The translations under genes and the position numbers were made by a program. Shown here one piece after another: positions 30,419 through 40,095 of a stretch of 64,000 nt of DNA. This stretch comes from Acidobacteriota bacterium (GTDB taxonomy: Bacteria; Acidobacteriota; UBA6911), in NCBI GenBank assembly GCA_963664705.1, contig OY761556.1, positions 5,568,001 through 5,632,000 of the forward strand, written 5' to 3'. The notes beneath the pieces were generated by a model, which saw nothing but the letters and a program-made list of their open reading frames with translations, was not told the DNA's origin and did no database searches. Position 1 is the stretch's first letter. Each line of letters opens with the position of its first letter.

Positions 30419-31000
30419 TTGAAGAACATGTTCCAACGTGGCTTCAAGAGCTGGTGCGAGAATGTTTCTGTCCAATTACGGAAGGAAATCGGTCTGGGCG
30501 CTACAGCACCCCTTGACCCTCATATTTTGGCAGAAAGCCTTGAGGTGAAGGTTTGGAAAGCCGGCGACGTCCCAGGAGTGGACGCGGAAACGCTGGACAT
30601 CCTGCTGCGAAAAGATCCAGATAGCTGGTCTGCAGTGACACTGCACGTCGAGACTACCGATCTCGTCATTCTGAACTCGTCCCACTCATTGGCGCGCCAG
30701 GCGAGTGACCTCATGCACGAACTGGCCCACATCTACCTCGGCCATACGCCTGCGCGAATCGACGTCACGGAAGATGGCCTTCTTATGCTGAACACCTTCA
30801 ACAAACAGCAGGAAGAGGAGGCGGCTTGGTTTTCAGGCTGCCTTCTGCTGCCTCGAGAAGCCTTATTGGCCATATGCTCTCAATCGATGGAGCACCGCAC
30901 GGCGGCGAAAACTTACGGAGTGAGTAAAGACATGTTGGAATATCGGCTCCAGGTAACGGCGGTCAACATGCAAATCAGGCGGCGGCGAATGCGTGCGTAA
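30419..31000 (+). CDS. ImmA/IrrE-family Zn metallopeptidase (CapP-like)
   Basis: MHELAH...EEEAAWFSGCLLLP; follows the HTH gene. Confidence 0.9.
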   Translation: MKNMFQRGFKSWCENVSVQLRKEIGLGATAPLDPHILAESLEVKVWKAGDVPGVDAETLDILLRKDPDSWSAVTLHVETTDLVILNSSHSLARQASDLMHELAHIYLGHTPARIDVTEDGLLMLNTFNKQQEEEAAWFSGCLLLPREALLAICSQSMEHRTAAKTYGVSKDMLEYRLQVTAVNMQIRRRRMRA

Positions 31001-31031
31001 ACAGCTTGAGTTTATAGGAACCTTAAGTTCG

Positions 31032-31179
31032 ATGAAACAAATCGTCTTTTATTCATGGCAGTCTGATCTACCGAACTCATGCAATAGAAGCTTTATTTAA
31101 TCGCGGTCAACGACCGGCTCCACCTCGACTGATTTGTCGGCCCGGATCGAGGCGGCGGCGTTCTCCAAGGCAGCTTCAA
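31032..31179 (+). pseudogene. 5' remnant of a YSWQSD-type (TIR/NDT-like) gene with its continuation inverted
   Basis: + strand MKQIVFYSWQSDLPNSCNRSFI* (31032-31100); - strand EAALENAAASIRADKSVEVEPVVDRD (31177-31100). Confidence 0.65.
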
Positions 31180-31691
31180 GCAGGTTCCCCTCTTCCTGCG
31201 TAATGCTGAGTACAAGAGAAGTGCGGAGCAGATGATAAAGATATTCCATATTACCAGTATTGATTTGTTCCGCGCCCGACTGTTGCAACGAGTTCAGCGA
31301 CTGCGCCGAATGTGGGATGGGGGTTCCTGGTGGAATCCAATCAGGACCGATGACATAAATAAGTTCGGCACACGCTGATTCTTCAGGAAGATTGTCTTCA
31401 GCCTCCTGATCCACATACCTGCCGCAGGGTGAATGGGGTAAACAAACCGCGGAGACAAACATTCTCGCCAAGTCGTTTGCTACCCCATCTTCAAATCTGT
31501 ATTATTAGAACATATTAAAAAATCATGAGTCAAAAGCCCGGAAGAGGGGCTTTTATGGCGATTTCTGCTTCAGTAGACAGCTTTCCCGATCATCGAGACA
31601 CCGGATCATCCGCTATCGAACAAAGGAAGGCTGCAAGCGGAGTCGCCCGATCCCATGGGGCCGGCTGTCACAGTGAGGGGAATTTCTAGCC

Positions 31692-34685
31692 GTGGAAAAC
31701 ATCATTACCGAATTCATATCTGCGCTCGACGAAGAAATCACAACTTTGAAGCAAGGCCGTGGTGGCAGCATCACCAAGGTCTTCAACGGTAAATTGATCC
31801 GCAAGGTACCGAACGGTTTCGTTTATATCTTCCATCTGGAGAATTTTCTGGCCACCCTCGATGACGCTCCTGCGGAAATCGAGATCAATCATCAGATACA
31901 CAAGGCCAACGTTCTGCTTACCCGCGGTCTGGAAGTGGAGATCTGCATCGAAGACTATTGCGGCGAATTCGTCGCTGAGGCAAAGCTCCATAATAACCTC
32001 TGGTATCTGCTTGAAATGCTGAAGAAGAAGTTCTCGGAATCGGCCAGTGACACCGCGAAATTCAAGCTCAGCAACGCTCTCTTTTCGGGAGATACATCAC
32101 AATTTCCGCCGAACACCTATGCAGGCGATACCCGATACTCGCCCACTCCAGCGAGCCCGCCCAATCCGGCGCAGCAGCGAGCTATCGAAGCTTCTTTCAA
32201 AAAGCCTTTGACCATCATTTGGGGGCCGCCGGGCACGGGCAAGACGACCACAATCGCCAAAGCCATAGAGGCCCATCTGAACGCCGGCCGAAAGGTCCTG
32301 CTGGTCTCCCATGCCAACAACGCCGTCGACCAGGCACTGATGGACGTCGCCCAGCAGATGAAAGCCACCTCCTATTACCAGAACGGCGAACTGGTCAGGT
32401 TAGGAACCCCGACGGATCCGGCAATCTACAAAGAGATGGAAGACAAGTATGAGATGGTCCTGATGGACCGGATCGGGCGCACGCTCGGTGCCTCGCTGGT
32501 ATCGGAAAGGGACCAATTACAGAAGAAAAAGGCAGATGTCGACCAGAGGGTGGAGGAGCTGAAAACCGCAACAAACCTGATAACGCAGGTGGATTCTCTT
32601 CTCGGCAAACTCGAAAGCAGCGTTCAAGCCGTTCAAGGGTACGGCACGGAGCTGATCCAGATAGAGCAAAGCCTCCGGCAACTGGAGCAGCTACGGACGG
32701 CCGACCAGGCCAGACTCCAGGAAGCCATGTCGTCAGGTGCGCTGAAACGGTTCTTCAAGAGCTTGAACCCTCAAAAAATCCAGACGGAAATAAATAAGAC
32801 GACAATCGCAATCGATTCCCAGCAGCGGCAGATTGCTGCGCTCAAGGAGAGGCTGGAAGCCTCAAAGAAAGAGCAGTCGGAGACCTTGGGAGAGGTCAGA
32901 AAGGTGACAGCAGAAAGGGATCAGGCGCTCAAACGCTTTTCGATCAGCTCTCCGGAACTGTTCACGAAGATCAGCCTCGACCTCGGAGCCGAAATCAAAA
33001 CAATCCAGAAACGAATATCTGAAATTGATGGGCTCTTGGACGAACTCCAGAAAGGCGTGCTGGGCAAGGCGAAACTGGTGGCTACGACGCTCACCAAGAC
33101 GTTCTGCGACAAGAACCTCGAAAACCTGGGAGGTTTCGATGTTTTATTCGTGGACGAAGCCAGTATGGCACCCCTCCCCTACGTCTATTGGGCTGCCAGC
33201 AAATGCACGCAGTTCATCACGATCGTAGGCGATTTCCTGCAGCTTCCCCCGATTGCGATCTCGGACGGTGCAATGTCGAAGAAATGGCTGGCGAGAAGCA
33301 TCTTCGGCGTACTGGACATCAATACCGTGGAAAAGGCGGACAAAAGTCCGCTGGTCAACCTCCTCGACACTCAATACCGGATGGTTCCCGAAATTGCCGA
33401 AATACCGAGGACTTTCTTCTATCAGGAAAAACTGAAGACCGGCGAGAGCGCGAAGGCCAAGAACAAAAGCGACGGCATAACCGAAAAGCCGCTCGTCCTC
33501 GTGAAGACCGAACGGATGAACCCGTGGTGCAGCCGACTCTCGACCGGCGGCAGGTTCAATCTGTATAACGCTCTGGTCTGTGCCACATTGGCCAGGAGAA
33601 TACTCGAACGCGGCTATACCGGCAATATCGGGATCGCCACGCCCTATGTCGCGCAGGCGCGGCTCATCAACCATATCGCGAAGGACTGGGGCCTTGAGAA
33701 CGTGCACATCAGCACGATCCACAGATTTCAGGGAGGGGAAGAGCCCATCATCATCTTCGACACGGTCGAAGCCACCGGCACGTACATAGCCCCGATGCTC
33801 TCCGGCGGAGGCGTGGGATCGGAGACCGATCTGCTGCTCAACGTGGCGATCACCCGGGCTGAATCGAAATTCTATCTCGTCGCGCACACGGGCCATCTGC
33901 AAGGCGGACTCAGCTATAATTCCACCCTCGCCAAACTGCTCAAGTACATGGAGAAAAACGGCGAGAAAAGGGATTCCGACGAGTTCGTCGACAGCTATCT
34001 CGTCACCGATTTTGAGAAATACACCCAGGCGCCGCCGGTACCCCCTTTCATGCAGAACGACGGGAACTTCTATACGGAAAAGAACTTTTGGATGCATTTC
34101 GATCAGGACCTGAACACGGTCCAGGAACGCCTGATCATTTTGAGCCCGTTCCTGTCCATTCGCCGCAGCGACCGTTTCATGAACCGGTTCCAGGCGCTCC
34201 TGGCCAAAGGGGTCAAGATATTTGTCTATACCCGCCCCAAGGGCCAGCAGACCGGCGAAATGGTCCATCAGGCCGAGGTCGTCATAGAGCATTTGTTGGC
34301 TATCGGGGCCAAGGTGATCGAGCGGAAGGACATGCATCAAAAGGTGGCTATTATGGACGACCGGATCGCCTGGGAAGGGAGCCTTAACATCCTGAGTCAC
34401 CGTGACACCGGTGAGCAGATGCGCCGTTTGGAGGGCCAGGCCACAATCAGCGACATTGTCAAAAACCTGGAGCTCGATGGGGACGACGCGGTCGGGAATT
34501 ACTCCACCAAGGTCTGCCCCGTGTGCTCAAGACCACTGATCTACAAGACAGGCAAATTCGGCAAATTTCTTGGATGTTCAGGATTCTCAGCACACCCTCA
34601 ATGCACCTATACGGAGAATATCGGGAAACCTTACCGGAAAAAATCCGCTCACTCATCGAGGAAAACGTATAGCAAAACATACTAG
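31692..34685 (+). CDS. SF1 (Upf1/Dna2-like) helicase-coiled coil-PLD nuclease-Zn ribbon fusion
   Basis: GPPGTGKT, DEAS, GDFLQLPP, QYRM, TIHRFQG, NVAITRA; HQKVAIMD...GSLN (HKD); CPVC...GKFGKFLGC...C. Confidence 0.9.
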   Translation: MENIITEFISALDEEITTLKQGRGGSITKVFNGKLIRKVPNGFVYIFHLENFLATLDDAPAEIEINHQIHKANVLLTRGLEVEICIEDYCGEFVAEAKLHNNLWYLLEMLKKKFSESASDTAKFKLSNALFSGDTSQFPPNTYAGDTRYSPTPASPPNPAQQRAIEASFKKPLTIIWGPPGTGKTTTIAKAIEAHLNAGRKVLLVSHANNAVDQALMDVAQQMKATSYYQNGELVRLGTPTDPAIYKEMEDKYEMVLMDRIGRTLGASLVSERDQLQKKKADVDQRVEELKTATNLITQVDSLLGKLESSVQAVQGYGTELIQIEQSLRQLEQLRTADQARLQEAMSSGALKRFFKSLNPQKIQTEINKTTIAIDSQQRQIAALKERLEASKKEQSETLGEVRKVTAERDQALKRFSISSPELFTKISLDLGAEIKTIQKRISEIDGLLDELQKGVLGKAKLVATTLTKTFCDKNLENLGGFDVLFVDEASMAPLPYVYWAASKCTQFITIVGDFLQLPPIAISDGAMSKKWLARSIFGVLDINTVEKADKSPLVNLLDTQYRMVPEIAEIPRTFFYQEKLKTGESAKAKNKSDGITEKPLVLVKTERMNPWCSRLSTGGRFNLYNALVCATLARRILERGYTGNIGIATPYVAQARLINHIAKDWGLENVHISTIHRFQGGEEPIIIFDTVEATGTYIAPMLSGGGVGSETDLLLNVAITRAESKFYLVAHTGHLQGGLSYNSTLAKLLKYMEKNGEKRDSDEFVDSYLVTDFEKYTQAPPVPPFMQNDGNFYTEKNFWMHFDQDLNTVQERLIILSPFLSIRRSDRFMNRFQALLAKGVKIFVYTRPKGQQTGEMVHQAEVVIEHLLAIGAKVIERKDMHQKVAIMDDRIAWEGSLNILSHRDTGEQMRRLEGQATISDIVKNLELDGDDAVGNYSTKVCPVCSRPLIYKTGKFGKFLGCSGFSAHPQCTYTENIGKPYRKKSAHSSRKTYSKTY

Positions 34686-34720
34686 GATCTGAACCATGCC
34701 AGAGGGCAACAGGTGAAGAT

Positions 34721-35182
34721 ATGCCGACAATAACTATCGATGGTGAAGTGTATGCCTGGCTCCAAAAGCAGGCACGTCCTTTCCAGGACACTCCCAACTC
34801 GGTCCTGCGCCGCATAGCGGGATTTGATAGGGCCACGAAGGTCGAGGCCAAAGCTATACCGGTACAGACCGTGGAGCTCTCATCTTCCAGGAAGACTCCT
34901 CAGCCCGCCTATCGGAATCCCATTCTGAGGATCCTCAGAAAGCGGGGCGGGCAGGCCGACCGACTGAATGTCCTCAAGGAGCTCGAATCGGTGATGAAGG
35001 ATAAATTCACTGCTCGCGACAAGTCGGATATCAAATCGGGTTCTATCCGATGGCAAAAGACTGCCGAATGGGAAGTGAGGGTGATGCGAGAGACAGGACT
35101 GCTGAAACCTGTTGAGGACACTCCCCGCGGAGTATGGGCCTTAACCCAAAAAGGGAAAGAGGCCGCGGATTCACTTAATTAA
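34721..35182 (+). CDS. Putative DNA-binding protein: SeqA-N/RHH-like + Mrr_N-like winged helix
   Basis: TITIDGEVYAWL...DTPNSVLRR; YRNPILRIL...RWQKTAEW...GLL...RGVWALT..G. Confidence 0.7.
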   Translation: MPTITIDGEVYAWLQKQARPFQDTPNSVLRRIAGFDRATKVEAKAIPVQTVELSSSRKTPQPAYRNPILRILRKRGGQADRLNVLKELESVMKDKFTARDKSDIKSGSIRWQKTAEWEVRVMRETGLLKPVEDTPRGVWALTQKGKEAADSLN

Positions 35183-35205
35183 TTCAGCGAAAGAAGCTAT
35201 AAGGC

Positions 35206-36285
35206 ATGATCTACAACGGCGTGTCGAAAATTCGGGCTGCAGAAGAGCAATTGAAGAGAGCCATTGTTTTATTTTTCAAAAACGAAGACCCAATTTCTAC
35301 TCATACGTTGGCCTCGGCCGCGCAAGAAATCCTCGAATCCCTGGGCAAAAGGCAGGGTATAACAAGCCTGAAACAACAGGTCGTGAACCAGGCCGACGAA
35401 AGCAGAAGGGGCCAGTTCATAAATGCAATGAATGATGCCAAGAATGCATTCAAACATGCCGACAGAGACCCCGACGGAATAACAAAACTGAACCCCGAAT
35501 ACACCGAGTTGGTGCTATGGGATGCTGTGAATCTCTTCTATAAGGTGACCCAGCAGAAGATTCCTGCATTCGTTGTGTATGATCTTTGGATTTATTCGAG
35601 ATATCCGGAAATGCGCGATTTCACACCGGAGATCGAAAAACTCTACAAGGACACCCTGAACGGGCACAGCTATCAGAAAGAACACTTCCTGGACATGATT
35701 TCCAAGCTCGAAAATGAGCTAAAGAAAAATATAAAACCCCATGAAGAGATCCTGCACTTTAACAACAAGAATTTCGGACCTCCGGCCATCTTTCTCGATC
35801 CTTATACAAAGGTATGGAATGTCCTCTTCCCCCTCAACGGCGAACGGCCCGACAAGGCTGAAGAGGAGGTCATGATCAACTTTTATCTAACCGGCGTATG
35901 GGCAAGCGGAGAATCCCCGGATTGTATGGCCGGCCAGATCGCAGGCCAAATGACAAGAGACAAAGACAGGCTTATCGGGTTCCCCTTCATAGCTCCCGAC
36001 AACATCACCCGAAAACCAGCCCACTTTATATGGTCCTTCGATCCCCAAAAAGATCATGCCGATGTTTTTATCAGCAAAGTGCTGCCGATAGAGGACGGGG
36101 CCTTGTCCATCATATATAGGAAGAGAATAATGGGCAGCGGCAAGATGCTTGAAGAAAACATAAATGCGTGGCTGCTTCAAGACCTGCAATCGAATTTCGG
36201 CATTTCGAAAGAGATAGGGAATACCGGAATGGACGAATCATGGGTGGGCTACTTAAAGAACAAACGAATCCCGCAAGGTAATTAA
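35206..36285 (+). CDS. Hypothetical protein, N-terminal HEPN-like domain
   Basis: QLKRAI..F...D..STHTLASAA.EIL and KNAFKHAD motifs. Confidence 0.55.
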   Translation: MIYNGVSKIRAAEEQLKRAIVLFFKNEDPISTHTLASAAQEILESLGKRQGITSLKQQVVNQADESRRGQFINAMNDAKNAFKHADRDPDGITKLNPEYTELVLWDAVNLFYKVTQQKIPAFVVYDLWIYSRYPEMRDFTPEIEKLYKDTLNGHSYQKEHFLDMISKLENELKKNIKPHEEILHFNNKNFGPPAIFLDPYTKVWNVLFPLNGERPDKAEEEVMINFYLTGVWASGESPDCMAGQIAGQMTRDKDRLIGFPFIAPDNITRKPAHFIWSFDPQKDHADVFISKVLPIEDGALSIIYRKRIMGSGKMLEENINAWLLQDLQSNFGISKEIGNTGMDESWVGYLKNKRIPQGN

Positions 36286-36315
36286 AGAACCGATCCCTTG
36301 GAGGAGTTAGCAACA

Positions 36316-36687
36316 ATGATTGATCTGGCCAGCATTGGTGCTGCGCTCGCGAGCGCCAAAACGATCTTTGAGCTTTTGAAGAACGCAAAAGACGCGCAAC
36401 TTGCCGTTGAGATCCGGAACGAGGTCAGCAACATTCAAGGAAAACTGATCGACGTGCAGCAACAAACCCTTTCTTTGCAGAGCGAGAATATGGCTCTAAG
36501 AGAGGAGATCAGCGGTCTGAAAGCCAAGCTCGCCGAAACGGTCGAGGCGGAACCTTGTCCTCATTGCCTGCGAAAAGGATGGCACGTCGAGTCGAGCAAG
36601 CCGGATGAGGAGTTTGGAATTGTCGGTGGATCTCGCCGCATATATAAATGCAGTTTCTGCGGGTTTACCGAAAGCAAAATCGTTTAG
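36316..36687 (+). CDS. Hypothetical coiled-coil + Zn-ribbon protein
   Basis: GAGGAG RBS; CPHC...CSFC. Confidence 0.65.
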   Translation: MIDLASIGAALASAKTIFELLKNAKDAQLAVEIRNEVSNIQGKLIDVQQQTLSLQSENMALREEISGLKAKLAETVEAEPCPHCLRKGWHVESSKPDEEFGIVGGSRRIYKCSFCGFTESKIV

Positions 36688-36715
36688 GCAATTGGATCTG
36701 CCGGAAAGGGAACGG

Positions 36716-37489
36716 ATGACCACTGAAGATTCTGTCGAGAGCTTCCTTACTTCACTCCACCTTGCGGTGAAACGAATCCCAGTCGGTTTACAAAAAACTC
36801 CCGACTTCCTGGTTTCGGACTCCGCCGCGACCTACCTTATCGAGGTGAAAGACAAATTCCCTGATCCGGAAATCGAGCAGCAACGGTGCGAGTCGCTGGA
36901 TCAAACCGGCATCTGGGAAGAGGAAATCTCCCTTGGGTTCCGGAACTCCGTATCCTCGGTCATACGGGAAGCCTGCGATCAGCTGGCTGCATTCGAGCCG
37001 GAAGCGGCCCATCTCCGACTGCTCTGGCTTCATGCAAAAGGCCGATACCCCGATGACCAACTGGAACAATTCAGGGCAACTCTCATCGGGGTCGTTGATC
37101 TTATCGACACAGCCGAGATCGACGGATCGGTCGAGGCGCGTCCCTGCTATTACTTCAGGGAGTCGGCATTCTTCCGGCACCGGAATGTCCTGGACGGGGC
37201 ATTCGTCTCCACGGATGAAAAAGGCCAACTGATCCTCAACACAATGTCTCCACGACACGGATCATTGAAGCAATCGAAGCTCTGCGAGGTTTTTCCGGCA
37301 ATCTGCGATCCCGCGGAAGGAGAAGCCGTGGGTAACAGTTATATAGCCGATTGCACCTGCAGCCGCTCCGATTCCAAGACCGTTCTCGATTACGTGAAAT
37401 CGAAATACGGCCGGCCCGGATTGGTAGAATTCGCGCCAAAGCACCACCTGGCGGAAATGGTAGTAAATCGTCGGATGAAACCTGATTAG
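36716..37489 (+). CDS. Putative PD-(D/E)xK nuclease-fold protein
   Basis: KTPDFLV...YLIEVKD. Confidence 0.6.
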   Translation: MTTEDSVESFLTSLHLAVKRIPVGLQKTPDFLVSDSAATYLIEVKDKFPDPEIEQQRCESLDQTGIWEEEISLGFRNSVSSVIREACDQLAAFEPEAAHLRLLWLHAKGRYPDDQLEQFRATLIGVVDLIDTAEIDGSVEARPCYYFRESAFFRHRNVLDGAFVSTDEKGQLILNTMSPRHGSLKQSKLCEVFPAICDPAEGEAVGNSYIADCTCSRSDSKTVLDYVKSKYGRPGLVEFAPKHHLAEMVVNRRMKPD

Positions 37490-37543
37490 ACGAAACGCCA
37501 TTCTCTACCGCGCGCAGCGAGCCTATTTGGCCCGCATTTCAGA

Positions 37544-38212
37544 TCACCACACGAACGGTATGAGGCGGTAGCGCACCTCGCGCATATATTCGGAATATCC
37601 CTGCAGGTCCCGGGCAAGGACCTTCTCCTCGTTCGCCATGCGGAAATACAGGATCGGCAGGAAAAGCGGAACGAGAAGCAGCGCCCACCACGAACCGAGC
37701 CCAAGCGCCGTACCGACGAAGAGAATGAGCGCGCCGGAATACATGGGATGCCGGACGATGCCGTACACCCCGGTCGAGATCACCTTTTGCCCTTCCTCGA
37801 CGCGTACGTTCGCTGCCGCATAGGTGTTCACCTTCGATACGAGATAGAAGATATAGAAGGAGATCGCGACCAGGGCATCCCCGAACGCCGAGACGTACCA
37901 TTGCACATGCGACCAGCCGAACCGGAAATCGAGAGGAGGCAGGATCATGAGGGCGATGAATGCGACGTACAGGAAGGAGATGACTATCTTTTGCGCGGGT
38001 TCCTTTTCGTGCGAGACTCCGGCTTCCGTACGTCGTTTGAGGAGCGCCGGATCATGCCTGGCAACGTACACGGTATATGCAGTGCCGACGATGATCCAGG
38101 TCACGAGATAGGTCCATCCCTGCCAATAATGAAGGGTGCCGGCAGGAATGAAGATAAGCGCGATAAATGCGGCAATGCCGAATATCGAAGCGCGGATGAC
38201 GGAAGAGGTCAT
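37544..38212 (-). CDS. Isoprenylcysteine carboxylmethyltransferase-family membrane protein
   Basis: QKVISTGVYGIVRHPMY...EEKVL...GY.EY...VRYRLIP. Confidence 0.9.
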   Translation of the reverse strand: MTSSVIRASIFGIAAFIALIFIPAGTLHYWQGWTYLVTWIIVGTAYTVYVARHDPALLKRRTEAGVSHEKEPAQKIVISFLYVAFIALMILPPLDFRFGWSHVQWYVSAFGDALVAISFYIFYLVSKVNTYAAANVRVEEGQKVISTGVYGIVRHPMYSGALILFVGTALGLGSWWALLLVPLFLPILYFRMANEEKVLARDLQGYSEYMREVRYRLIPFVW

Positions 38213-38270
38213 GGTTTGATTATAGGCTATTCGGAACCGGGGCCGAATAAGCTCGTCAATCGATCTCGTC

Positions 38271-39337
38271 CTATTGGATCGCTATCGCTTGAACCCCTGA
38301 AAGGCTGAACGTCGCGAGGAGAGTGCCGCTCGCGTTGTATTCGACGACGGTGCTTGTGCTTGCTACGAAAATATCTCCGACGGCATCAAGAGCGACACCT
38401 CTTGAATTGACAACGCCAATCCGGGAAAGGTATGCCCCGGTGGGATCGAATTTGGCCACCCGATTATTTCCCAGATCAACCACATAGACGTTTCCAGCTG
38501 AGTCAAGGGCCACATAAGTAGGACTTGAGAGTTGTCCACTGCCGATCGTGAGGAGGGCGACGCCGGCGGGACTGTATTTCGTGACATTATTATTGTTGAA
38601 ATCCGATACATAGACGTTCCCAACAGCATCGATGGCGATGCCCCAAGGATGACCGCTGACAAAAGCCGCAATATATGTACCATCCGGACCGAACTCTTGG
38701 ACGTTCTGACGTGCACCGCTCCAATCCGTAACGTAAATGTTTCCTTTTGAATCCACAGCGACACCCTGCGGCGAAGTAAATTGAACTGTCGTTCCAATCG
38801 ACAGGAGGTAGTTGCCGTTGGGACCGAACTTTTTGACGCTATAATTAAGCAAATCCACAACATAAACATTCCCCATGGAATCGACCGAAATCCCGCGTAG
38901 GTCATTGAAAGCTGACCAGCACCGAAGTTGGAGACATAGGCGCGGTTGTTTATGTTGAATTTCGTTACATTGTTACCGGTAGCGGGTATCAAAAGAAACT
39001 GCCCCGCAAAGTCGATGGGAGCCAGGGAGAGGTTCGAGCCCTTTTCAAGGAGATTGATGAACTTTCCTCCGTCCGTGGAGACGAGGTCGTTTGAGCCTCC
39101 GAGACCGTACTTCGTTGAGTCCATAATGGAAGTCACCTCATACTGGGAGCCGTTCGTGACATAGGCGTAGTACTGGCCCGTGGAAGACTGCTGGACGGCA
39201 TCGATGGGGAGCTGGCTGAGAGGAGAACCTCCGGGCATCTGGGAGAAGTTCACGGGGAGCCATCCGGTGCCGTCGATCTTTCTGAAAGTACTGGAGGCGG
39301 AGCAGTGCCAGATCCAAGGAGAAGGAAGATAAGGCAT
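38271..39337 (-). pseudogene. 5'-truncated, frameshifted gene: pilin-associated-like domain + NHL-repeat propeller
   Basis: One frame reads ...GTGWLPVNF...LPID...QLSMTYAG, then shifts near 38895 into ISVDSMGNVYVVD / PQGVAVDSKGNIYV NHL repeats. Confidence 0.7.
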
Positions 39338-39342
39338 GGAGA

Positions 39343-39690
39343 AAACGTGGGATCCGCGAGGGACTGGACCCGGAAAGCATCGCGATCTACGACCTTATCA
39401 AAAAGGAGAACCTCAATTCAAAAGAGATCGGGCGTATCAAGCAGGTTGCTGTTGAACTACTCACGAAACTCAAAGCCGAACAACTGCGCGTCAACCAATG
39501 GTGCGACAAAGAAGCAACACGAGACGCTGTGCGATCGACGATCTTCGACCTCTTATATAGCGACAACACCGGACTCCCCGAGTCCTATACGGACGACGAG
39601 ATCAAAGCGAAAGCAGAGGGCGTCTTCCAGCACGTGTTCTACGCATACCCCACGATCCCGTCGCCGATCTACGCCGTTCCCTCAAGGTAA
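39343..39690 (+). pseudogene. hsdR: 3' remnant of a second type I hsdR (DUF3387-like C-terminus)
   Basis: Manual translation IREGLDPESIAIYDLI...IKQVAVELL...WCDKEATRDAV...GLPESY...VFQHVFYAYP*; no start codon. Confidence 0.72.
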
Positions 39691-40095
39691 GCAGGAAGGG
39701 ATAGCTCCTATCCTGGCAGCAGAGGACAAAGATATTTCTTTGGAAGTTGCATTTCCTTGTGCAGCGTGCTTGTCAAGGATTTCATTGTAAACAAGGTATA
39801 TCAAGGTAGACCTTGTAAACCTTGACAAGGGCTTGCTCGGCATGTGAGGATTTTTTGTCCCTTGATAGATGGCAACGGAAATATTGAAGGAGACCATATC
39901 TATGAAGGGAACCCGACAAAGCGATTTTCTCTACAAGATTAAAGTTGTTGCAATTGAGCTCACCGTTCTCATTATTACGCTCATCGCCTTATACAGGATC
40001 ATAGCCTTTGAGATTGCCTCGATTACGAAATGAGCCGAATGCTGGAGAAGGTTTATGAATGATACTACCCCAACCCCTATGGGAGGTGGAACGCG

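Noticed and set aside
31545-31590. Possible extra cassette site (TTTTATGGCGATTTCTGC)
   Set aside because: Only the leader is similar; there is no matching core arm after a 7-bp spacer.
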